From contig NC_081331.1 in NCBI RefSeq assembly GCF_022539665.2, positions 9,052,001-9,116,000 on the forward strand: 64,000 nucleotides of DNA, read 5' to 3'. Position numbers and translations under genes: made by a program. Source of the stretch: Daphnia carinata (lineage: Eukaryota). Positions 12,047 to 21,783 of this stretch are shown here, one piece after another; the stretch's first letter is position 1, and each line of letters starts with the position of its first letter. The notes beneath the pieces are model-generated. The model saw only the letters and a list, made by a program, of their open reading frames with translations, did no database searches and was not told the origin of the DNA.

Positions 12047-12972
12047 CATTGGGAGAGATACCCCTGAAGGAAGATTACGATCAAGATGAAAACCTTCAAG
12101 CTCGCAGTAACATTGGTAACACAACTAGTTACATGATTCCGGCATTTTCGGTGATAACAGTGAACACAAATCACAACAAAAACAGCCCATCAACGGGGTT
12201 GTTTTCTCCCTCGACAGAGTTGTTGGTGTCTAAAAGGTCATCAACAGGTCAGGCTATTTTGGCGGCGGACGCGAAGTGCATACCGGTGGCAAATTTACCA
12301 GTTGTACCAGTGTGGCCAGAAGAAAAATCAATTTTGGAAACGCTACAGCCGGATACCAAGGAAATAGTTAAGTGCGAACGGGAGGAACACCCACAAGGAA
12401 GGGATGGAATAAACAAAGATGAGAATCAAGAAGCGCTATTAGAACTATTAACGGCACACCAGGAACACATGGACGAATCGACGGACGCAGAGGACAAAAT
12501 AACCAAGAAAATAGAAAAGGAAGAGGTTGAACAACTGCCTGTGCAAAAAACCATAAACGCTCAAATAAATCGTCCTAAGGAACAAACGCCGGAAACAGAG
12601 GGAAACATCCAAGGAAAAGTCCTTACACATATAGCACGAAATCGTCATAAACTCAACTTTTTTACGGCAGGGCTGTTGCACCTACTGATTATAATGTTAG
12701 TCGGGTGCACATTCAGTACCTCAGCAATGGTGGTCAGGGACACCGTAATATTCAAGGAACAACCTGGAATTGCAATCAGTGAATCATCATGGACGGTTGC
12801 CACGGATGTGATTTTACAAGATGCAGAAAAGGCCGTCACGGTAGTAGAAAAACATCTGGATGAATTGTCCTTACTGACAGCCAAACATAGAAAAGATGGA
12901 GTGAAATTTAAAAAGAAAGATGGACACGCGGCGTGGAGGGACGCCACAAGTTTTACGACAGCAGGTGTATGA
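11905..12972 (+). pseudogene. Protease C-half and linker fused in frame to a truncated env-like N-terminus
   Basis: ELLLGNDFL protease motif, then no RT, RH or IN. Hydrophobic signal-like stretch FFTAGLLHLLIIMLVGCTFSTSA followed by VVRDTVIFKEQPGIAISESSWTVATD, resembling the start of errantivirus/baculovirus F-type envelopes. Confidence 0.6.
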
Positions 12973-13153
12973 AGCAACGGATTATCCACTACGAGGAGCG
13001 GCCGTGGAGGAACGACTGATTCGGACACAAGACACGGACTTTTGAAAATGGAAAACGGATGTTACCAATTTTGTTTATTATTACCTTTCGCTATCACTGT
13101 AACCTTTACATACTATGGCAATCGGGGGCGATCGCCTTCAAACGGGGGGGACC

Positions 13154-13562
13154 TGTCACGTGGATTCGGATGACATCCACGTGTTAACGATGGACAAGTG
13201 GAGTCCGAGGACATCCACGTGCTGGGGACGCCTCGTGCATCAGCCTCATCCCTTTTCTCCGCTTTCACTTCCGTAAGGTCAAGTAGAATTATCTACTTGA
13301 CCATCTTACCGGAAGAGCTTACCCCTTCTACGCGCTTTCTATTCGAACGGTCACGTAGAGGTTATCTACGTGACCATCTTCTTTACTTCCCGCGTCACCC
13401 TGGCGGGTAACGACCCTTTTCTTTAAATAGGAGAGCCTACGAGTGAGACGGGGCTCTCAGTAGACAGTTGGATGCGGAGTGTTAAGTGTGGCAGAATTAA
13501 TACACCGGTTCAAAAGCGCTGTGAGTCCGTCTTTTTAGTGAAGTGCGGCAGTAGCCGTCACA
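13154..13562 (+). repeat. 3' LTR (409 bp)
   Basis: Direct repeat of the 5' LTR with an extra hairpin block at 13348-13376; followed by the ATAT TSD. Confidence 0.95.
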
Positions 13563-14493
13563 ATATTAGCATACCTGTTAACAGCTACAGTGATCCAGTT
13601 AAAGTATCCAAATTGTCAGTGATGTTTACCTCAAAAGGCATATAACCTTCCGAGTGATTGGATAATTCAACACCATTGATCCACTGTCATCAACAACGTT
13701 GTTTAAAAAATGAATTCCTGTTATAAACCTCTTAATTTGAGTACACTTACCACTACTCTATAATAATTGATACTGCCAAATCTGATACTCACTTGATATG
13801 TTAACCAACTTTTGGGAAGGAAAAAATCTGTTTTGTACTAGGCTCAACCAAGGGGCTCCCTGATGTTTGCATGTTAGGTTATGTCATTAACCCTTGAGGG
13901 TACAGGCCTGTCGTTCACTTCCACATTCTAGTCATATTTTATTGCAAAATAACAACATTCATTTCTGTTAATAACAATATTTAGAAGTTGATAAACTTAC
14001 GTGATAGATAGGAACTGCATGCCACATCGTCTGCTGGCACTACAACGTTGCCATATAAAAGATAATAAATAACCAATAAATGGTTACACACAATATTTTG
14101 CCATAGATAAATACCACTGGTTCGTTATCCCCATAGAGAAAAATAACATGGGCCTCTGACGCAGAAATTTGTATTACTCTTCTCACCATTTTTTTGGATA
14201 CTTATTCTGCTTATACTGCCCCCAGGTGGAGGTTTTGATCACTACTTGAGCTGAAATAACAACTTTCTAGCAGACGCCATTGTTTGTGGCATTTTTTGGT
14301 GTGTAGATTATGATTGAAAATGTTGTTGCCTAACGAAAATAAGAATAGGCTAAATTTGTATGGTTTTATCTATGGAGTAATGTGTGATAATGTTGAAGGA
14401 ATAGCAAGGTACGTAATTAGGCACCAAGGTAAATAATAATTGATTTTAATGGCTATGATATGACAGGCAGTTTGGTAAAGCGGGAAACAAGTA

Positions 14494-14875
14494 CAGTGCC
14501 GGTCCAGTTATAGAACCGGCCTGTGCGCGGTTCTATAACTAAATGGTTCTATAACCGAGAAGCCGATCTCAGAGCCACCTATCGTCGATTCTTTCATCAC
14601 AAAGATTTTGACAGTATGGGAATGTAAAAGCGAATACCACAGGGATAGTGCTGATCTCTATGCAACTACCCAGAATAGGGGAAAGGGGGTTATCATATTA
14701 GAATTTAATACCTCAACAAGCATTATTTTTACCAACAATAGAGTTCTATCACAAAGAGAATGCCCCATCATCGATTGGTCATTGTATTAGATACAGTGTC
14801 GGTCCACTTAGGAAAATCGGTTCGATAACCGAGCCGGTTCCATAGCTAGGCGGATCTATAAGTGGACCGGCACTG
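14494..14875 (+). mobile_element. Tc1/mariner-type composite MITE with three TIR ends (internally deleted copy)
   Basis: TA|CAGTGCCGGTCCA...TGGACCGGCACTG|TA, plus an internal TA-CAGTGTCGGTCCA end near 14794. 14494-14790 is the reverse complement of 21354-21655. Confidence 0.85.
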
Positions 14876-17340
14876 TACTTGAAAGTATCTGTTGAGAATA
14901 AAGATTAGAAACACTAATTCATGTATGCGAACATTACCTTATCAGTTCCCAGAGTTCGTGAATAAATGCATTATATCTAAATTAACTATATATTACATAT
15001 GCTAAAGAACTTTACCACTTGCAGCAACAATTAATATGTAGAAGTGTGCAACGGAAGCTCTTGACAATTGACAGTAGCAGACAACAGGGAAAAACCAAAA
15101 CACCAAGGCTAAACAGCATCTTTTTGTGTAAGTGCATAAGAAGAGAAGAAAAGGGTTTGCGCTATATATATTTATATCAACACTCTCCCTCAAACCCTTG
15201 TTGACCCTATTAGATAGCTGACCTATACTGATCCTGCTTCTCATCTCATCGAAAGCTTGGGCCACCAGCGTCTGAGTAAATATATCAGTAACTTGATTTT
15301 CAGTTCTGGTTAAGTCCTTAAGTAGATAACTCAGCCATGCAACAGTCCTTGCAACGCGATATTGTAGTCTGCATCAGTTGTCGAGAGGGCAGCAGAAGAC
15401 TGCTTCTTGTTGGTTAACTGTGAAACGAGACAAGCAGCGGCGTACATCAGCCACCCCAATAATGAATTTAAGGGACTCGTTCAGAAGGGCTCCGATGAAT
15501 TGGAACTCCACGCCAGCGATGTTAGTAGTCCAGACGTCATCTCATCTCGGATGTTCGGTTTGGACATCAAAGCGACCCTGTTCAAACCATCACTATCACG
15601 CTGAGGATAACGAAGGTATCTAAAACTCTTCCCCCACCCCCAAGGTGAGATCTAATATCAATTAGAACCTGCATTTTGTGGCTTCGAAAAATGCTACAAA
15701 AATTTAACAGAGGTGTCGTCGGCTTCCAAATTCCTCTTCATGAGGTAAACCTTTGTGGAAACACTGAAAACATCTTTGAAGAATGCGATACAGGTCTCTT
15801 CAATTGGAGTTGGTGGTTAAAGCCATAAGACGAATCATGCATATAGTTAAGTCGGATGCAAGATGCAGAAAACTGTAGGCCACCAAGAAGTTAAGTATTG
15901 TTTGCATGCCAGTGGCGTTACTAGATCAAACACAGAAATTATACTTCCATAAGTTCATATTTGGATGGGGCTTTAAAAAGTAGATAACGGGATTTTTGAG
16001 TGGAATGAATAACCTGTAAATGGGAGCTCACTTTCTCCTTGAAAGAAAAAGGTCACGAAAGACTTCAGAAAATACAAACAAAAGCTACAAAATAAATGAA
16101 GAAAACACCTCAGCTCTACATACCAAAAGAAAGGATTCCTTAATCATGAAGGAGAGCTGTCTCGAGATTTGGGTACACTGTTTAAGACGAGGCACCTAAT
16201 GGTAACGGTGATTGAAACAAAAAAAGAGCGGTGAGTAAACATTCACAGCTTTGTTTGGCAGCGAATCTTCACTCATCGGTTCAGAAACATTTCATCTCCA
16301 CGACCTGTTGGGCTGGGAATACATAAATTCTTGACAAGTATTACTTCGCATTTGCACATTATTGGCTTGCGGGTAATGTGGATTATACGGCAGTGGCTGG
16401 CTAATCGCTTCAGAAGACATGGAGTTTCTCCTGTAACGCTCGACTGTTTCTTTACCTTTAAGCACAGCTTGCCGTCCGGATACAATACTTGCACATTTGA
16501 TGTGGTCCACATTGGCATCTTGAACAACGGGCAATGCTAAAGCAACTTCTCTTTGTGCTTCAAAAATATTAATACACTTGTGTGCAAGCTCCAGATAAGA
16601 TACAGATATTTTGTTCAAGCTTTGTTTCATTCTGATGAGCTTCACAGCTTCATTTTTCATGGAACACCCCGTCATTTCTGGGCCAATTTACTGGCTCGTG
16701 TTACTTGTTTTAACTGTTCAATATCTAGAATTGCAAAAAAGGACTGTTCCCTTTTAAACTTCCCTCTTTTATTCCCTTCTTTTAATACTCTTTCCTCACT
16801 TTAGCTTCTTTGGCTTCAGCCACAGGAAGTTTCTGCTTGCAGGTAACAACTTGATTTTCTCCTTCAAACATTACCTCAAATTGCAATTTACAGTTTTACA
16901 GATTGTCTGTTTTAAAGAAAGCAATAACAGATTTTGTTATTTTCATCTTGTGTCACCATCAGCAAGATAACTTTGAGATTCAAAATTAAAAGGTCCCTGT
17001 AAATTCATTTTAGATATCACCTTGGGAATATTAATTTCTTAACATCCCAAAATTGACAGGGGTATACTCATCACCTTAGGGTTGGAATTCTGCAGATTGG
17101 CATCTCAATATATGCTCTTCATTTAGTGGATGCAATTCATAAAAGAAAGTTTACGTTCAAAGTTCCATGAGACATGCTCATCACCTTGTAGGTGGAATCC
17201 ATTGAATAAGTTGATGAACTAGATAACTTCAGTACAACCATCACCATGTGGCATTCGTTAAAATAACTTTGCAAACTTCTTTGTGATACTACAATCACCA
17301 TATTGGCGGGATCCATCAAATCAACGTCACAAAATTCATT

Positions 17341-17424
17341 GTGGATTACTCGTCACCTGTTTAGTGGTATACACATCACCTGTTTGGTGGAATACACATC
17401 ACCTGTTCGGTGGAATACTCTTCA
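17341..17424. repeat. 23-bp minisatellite, ~3.6 units
   Basis: GTGGAATACACATCACCTGTTTG-like unit in tandem; partial related copies near 17060 and 17175. Confidence 0.85.
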
Positions 17425-17849
17425 TGAAATAATTATTAAGCCAACTGCTTCTATAATACCTGTAAAAACTTAAACGTATAGTTATATTATATTGATTACC
17501 TCTGCTCGCCTAAGATCTTGTACGAGCAAACATTATTCATTTCATCCTATTCAGTTTCAGTATGACAACACATTTCCATTGGGGAAATTTCATTCCATTA
17601 ACATTGGAGTAATCCCTCAGTTTGTTAGTAGATAAATTGTGGGTGGCCATTTAACAAACAAATAATACTGGGCCCATAACCTGTTGAGAATAAAGATTAG
17701 AAACACTAATTCATATACGCGAACATTACCTTATCGGTTCCCAGAGTTCGTGAATAAATACATTATATCTAAATTAACTATATATTACATACGCTAAAGA
17801 ACTTTACCACTTGCAGCAACAATTAATATGTAGAAGTGTGCAACGGAAG

Positions 17850-18058
17850 ACTTTAGCTTTAAGTGCGACTGGTGTATCTGCACCAGATTCACGGGTTTGC
17901 CTAGCAATCCCTTACGCACAAGTGATTATTGTTTTTCTTGTTTTGTTTTTTTTAGTTGATATTTTTAAGGAAGGGAAGGATTGTTGGGGGTGGTGGGAAT
18001 CGAACACGAGGTAACTATCTACGAATGTATGGCGATAGCCCCTGTGCCAAGACCGCAC
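17850..18058 (-). mobile_element. tRNA-derived SINE (209 bp) inserted in the Copia 5' LTR
   Basis: Absent from the other LTR. 15-bp TSD AGTGTGCA(A/G)CGGAAG (17835-17849 / 18059-18073). Pol III A box TGGCACAGGGG (18039-18049) and B box GTTCGATTCC (17996-18005) at tRNA-like spacing. Confidence 0.85.
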
Positions 18059-18813
18059 AGTGTGCAGCGGAAGCTCTTGACAATTGACAGTAGCAGACGA
18101 CAGGGAAAAACCAAAACACCAAGGCTAAACAGCATCCTTTTGTGTAAGTGCATAAGAAGAGAAGAAAAGGGTTTGCGCTATATATATTTATATCAACAGT
18201 ATCGTCTAAACAAAATTTGAAGAAAATGGACCAAAAAAATCAAGAGCCTGATAAAAAGCGAGGGCCAAACTCTCTTCTGAAGACTTTTTCATTCCTTGCT
18301 TATTGACCAATATTCCAACTCGCAGTTTCTACAGCTCAAGATCTCGATACTGACAAGGTTAGTGTTGACCGCAATAGTTCTAACCAAAAAATTTACACCA
18401 GGAATTGTACTTCCAGTCCTGAAGATCTGAAAGAACGTCTAGCAGCTAAGCTTTTATGATTAAATTTACTTTTTTTCCTAAAATAAGAGAAAGTGAAAGT
18501 ACTGCAAGTATATTCACAATTCATAGGTATGTGTTAATCTTTTTATATTAGAAAGGCCAGCCAGTTTATGCCATCTAATTTCAGGGGGAAAGCTGGTCTT
18601 TTCTGATAAAATGAAAGACCAACTTATATAGATAAATTGGAGAAGAAAAAACTAAACAGGAAAAATAACAGGATGAGATCCAAAATTGCAAAACTTCCAC
18701 AAGCCACCAAGACAGGATCTGTGTCATAGCCTCTGATCTTACAGAGTCTGTCAAAGCGGAAATTCCTGAGCCACCAGTACGCTGCCATAGCCAATGGGGA
18801 AAAGAGAATAGGG

Positions 18814-19344
18814 AAAGCCGCCATGACAGATTTCGGCACTCCATCTAGCGGCTAATTCCCTCTCTTTCTCATTAGCAGGCGAATTCCCTGCAAGCAAGCA
18901 CTGTTACAGGTGGCTGATTTGAAATGGTCACGGAGAGGTAGACAATACGCCAGTTAATAACAGACAAAAGAAAGTTTCATGACTAAAAGTAAATTGTAAC
19001 TACTATTGTAACAACTTGTAAACTGAGGCTGGTATTTTGCAGGATAAAATTTGATAATTAGCTAACAAGTTCCCTGGAGACCATTCAATGGAAACTGGAA
19101 TGGAAAGTATTTGTAAGCCAAAAATTCCAGAAAATTGACCCCTTTTGATTCTTCGAGTTTTCAACGCCCTCCGAGTCACAGAACTTTCGTTGTGTGTTTT
19201 TATCTGGCGAAATGTCCGACTTTCCTTTCCCATATTCAAATTAGCCGCCTGTCACATTGGTTCCTTGCAGGGAATTCGTCTGCTAATGATGAAGGGAGGG
19301 AATTAGCCGCTAGATGCTGCCCCAAAAAGTGTCATGGCGGCTTT
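18814..19344. mobile_element. Non-autonomous TIR element (~115-bp imperfect inverted repeats), superfamily uncertain
   Basis: AAAGCCGCCATGACA...CATCTAGCGGCTAATTCCCTC...GAATTCCCTGCAAG is mirrored at 19230-19344. The right end CT|TTAA is Kolobok-like, but the left flank is not TTAA. Confidence 0.7.
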
Positions 19345-19479
19345 AACACGGTCGTGTCCCATCTCATCTCTGGTCGACCCTCTCACCCATTAGGAAAAAA
19401 AACCACTTTAGATGCAAACGCGGCAATGATTAACATGAAAAAAATATAAGAAAAATTGGAATTCTTGGAAGGCAAAGGA

Positions 19480-20135
19480 GAAGTTGAGAAGGCAAGAAGC
19501 ATTGAAGAGAAACAGCCATGGGAAGGTGTTAAGGTAAACTTTTAATTTGACAAAAAAAAATTTTAGACCTTCAAATAACTTTACTTTTCTGTATTACATT
19601 AGGTAAAAGAATACTAAGATCATTAAGTGCAAAAGACAATGTGGAATTGCTTGCCAAACCAATTAAGAAACAGAATAAAATCAAAATCACAAACGAGAAA
19701 GAAGTGGGTTGAACGCATCGAAGAACAGGAAAAGAGAAAGTAACACCAATAGAAAAGGGATAAATCCACATTTAGAAAACGAAAAATGAAAAGAAAGCAT
19801 GTAATGAATAAACTAGCGAAAAAAGCAAACCTGTCGTATGAATTTAATGGCTGATATTGACATGGATGAGCTGACTCATGTTCCATTATTTACAAGCCGT
19901 GTCATGATCAATAAGATGAAGCCGTGATCGTTGAAAATTCGTGAAAATGTGAAAAAAAAATTTGATTTATTTTTAAAAGGATTAGTGACTTCTTTTATCA
20001 CTGACGCACAAAAAAAAGGTCTTTCCTGGTCGAAAATAATTAAAATGGATTTGTCATTATTAGTAGATTTGGTAACGCCAAGTGCAAAGCTTCCTTAAAC
20101 TCTTCAGTGTTGCATGCGATGTGTAATTAGGTAAT
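19480..20135 (+). repeat. Dispersed repeat, copy 2; degraded Lys-rich spliced gene fragment (continues to ~20800)
   Basis: Homologous to 3205-3845; GT-AG-bounded segments with stops. Confidence 0.75.
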
Positions 20136-20860
20136 CAATGGCTACTTGGAAATGTGCGTAAGGTGAAAAACCAGACACGGAGGACGTCAAAAAACATTTA
20201 TAAATGCGCGGAAAATGCGAATTCTTGCCGGAGATGTAGGGGCTCCTTTCGGAGTAAAGGTGAGGTTATTAGTTACTATTGCTCTTTAACAAAAGCCACG
20301 CCATAACTATTGAAATTTTACTCGTAGATGTTTCTATGCAAGTTGTTCATTTCAGTTTTGCTTAAACCATTTATTGCTTTGGTGGATATATGAAATGTTA
20401 ATAATAATAAACTAGTATTTATGTTAACATATTCGTTTCCAGCACCCACCAAAAGCCGCGCGGAACTCATTATTTTCGTTCTTGCCACGTAGGTCTTTAT
20501 CTATGGTTTTCTGGAAAATAGTTTTTTTATTACAAAATGTACGTGTGTTAAATTATCTATATATAATTTTTTTTTCTTATTTATCAGTGTATTAAGGGGT
20601 ACTTACCGGAAAGCAACCCCCTCGCCCCCGGGAACTCTCATGGAATAAGGACATCAGTGAGGGGGGAGAGCGATACTAGGACTGGAAACGCCAGTAACAA
20701 AATGTCAAGGGCTAAAAACCAAACACTGTGTAAAAAAAATATAACTTTTGATGAAAGTTATGATGGAATGATTAGACGAGCAATTGATAACGTTGTTTGC
20801 AGTGGGGAAAACTACATAAGCCGTCCGGTTCTTCTTTTCTAACAGCGGACATTTAGGCTA

Positions 20861-21655
20861 CAGTGCCGGTCCACTTATAGAACCGCTTAGCTATAGAACC
20901 AGCTCGGTTATCGAACCGATTTTTCCTTGCCGTGTCTCAGCGCCGCCATTGGCTGTATTTTGAACTAAATCCATATTTTTGGGTTCGAACGTACGGATTA
21001 CGCATTTTAAAACGTACAAGCACATGTTATTGAAATTGGTTTTAGCAATTTTAGACAATAGTACAAATTGGCTTAATGACTTTACGTAAAATAATAGCCT
21101 TCCAAACGAATTCAGGCGGAAAACAATAAAACAAATGACTTATCGTGCTGCTTTTCTCTTTGCCTTTTAATGTTATCAGAATTTTTAAAAAACTGTATTA
21201 CAAAATGACACTTTTCGTGTCGTTTAGGTCGTCGTGTCGTTTTGTTTTTTTCCATTTATTAATTATGGGCGCTGAAACACGGGAAAGAAAAATCGGTTCG
21301 ATAACCGAGCCGGTTCCATAGCTAAGGGTTTCTAGAAGTGGACCGGCACTGTATCTAATATAATGACCAATCGTTGATGGGGCATCCTCTTTGTGGTAGA
21401 ACCTTATTGTTGGTAAAATAATGCAGGAATGGTTGAGGTATTAAATTCTAATATGAGAACCCCCTTCCCCCTATTCTGGGTAGTTGCATAGAGATCAGCA
21501 CTACCCCTGTGCTATTCGCTTTTACATTTCCATACTGTCAAAATCTGTGTGATGAAAGAATCGACGATAGGTGGCTCTGAGATCGGCTTCTCGGTTATAG
21601 AACCATTCAGTTATAGAACCGCGCACAGACCGGTTCTATAACTGGACCGGCAATG
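20861..21655 (-). mobile_element. Tc1/mariner-type composite MITE: complete 491-bp MITE (20861-21351) plus an adjacent arm with a third TIR
   Basis: TA|CAGTGCCGGTCCACTT...AAGTGGACCGGCACTG|TA with ~65-bp imperfect TIRs, then 21354-21655 ending TGGACCGGCAATG|TA. Confidence 0.88.
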
Positions 21656-21783
21656 TACTTATGATGAGAAAAAGGACCAATATCAAGGAGAAATAGGAAC
21701 ATTCAAAAAATGTTTGAACACTGGGTCCTAATTCTCCGGGTCCTATTTCTCCTGGTCCTATTTCTCCGGCAATCCGATACTTG

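Larger units (their letters stand above)
9659..13562 (+). mobile_element. Young non-autonomous Gypsy LTR retroelement (gag-PR-env fragment; RT, RH and IN absent), 3904 bp
   Basis: LTRs 9659-10045 and 13154-13562 (TG...CA), differing by one substitution and one indel block. 4-bp TSD ATAT; PBS 10048-10059; PPT AAACGGGGGGG at 13140-13150. Inserted in a short intron of the GUSB fragment. Confidence 0.95.
9360..13927 (-). pseudogene. GUSB: Beta-glucuronidase (GH2) N-terminal fragment, pseudogenised and retaining introns
   Basis: Exon 13793-13927 gives PVPSRVNDIT*HANIREPLG*A*YKTDFFLPKSW; exon 13575-13683 gives WINGVELSNHSEGYMPFEVNITD..ITVAVN; exon from 9609 gives TLNP*TI; ~9447-9487 gives KMVFHNDPQRYPAG. 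These match the GUSB sugar-binding-domain motifs (PVPSSFNDI, WVNG..HEGGHLPFE, AINNTLTP, YPKG) in order, with GT-AG introns. Confidence 0.8.
14890..18198 (-). mobile_element. Non-autonomous Copia LTR retroelement with a replaced interior
   Basis: LTRs 17682-18198 (5', carries the SINE) and 14890-15182 (3'), TGTTG...CAACA. 5-bp TSD GTATC (14885-14889 / 18199-18203). PBS GGTTATGGGCCCAG (17668-17681); PPT GAGGGAGAG (15183-15191). Gag start MATH..NGMKFPQWK from 17650; RNase H tail TENQVTDIFTQTL..FDEMRSRI at ~15200-15310. Confidence 0.92.
8256..21774. mobile_element. Large Mutator (MULE)/foldback-like TIR element, non-autonomous, Pack-MULE-like
   Basis: About 110-bp imperfect TIRs built from GGAGAAATAGGACC repeats (8256-~8380 vs ~21662-21774). 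Flanks CGAAACTCG (8247-8255) and CGATACTTG (21775-21783) match 7/9, consistent with an aged 9-bp TSD. Both flanks belong to minus-strand Gypsy sequence. Confidence 0.65.

Noticed and set aside
17990..18058. tRNA gene
   Set aside because: A and B boxes are present but there is no convincing cloverleaf; it is TSD-flanked and absent from the sister LTR, so it is a SINE.
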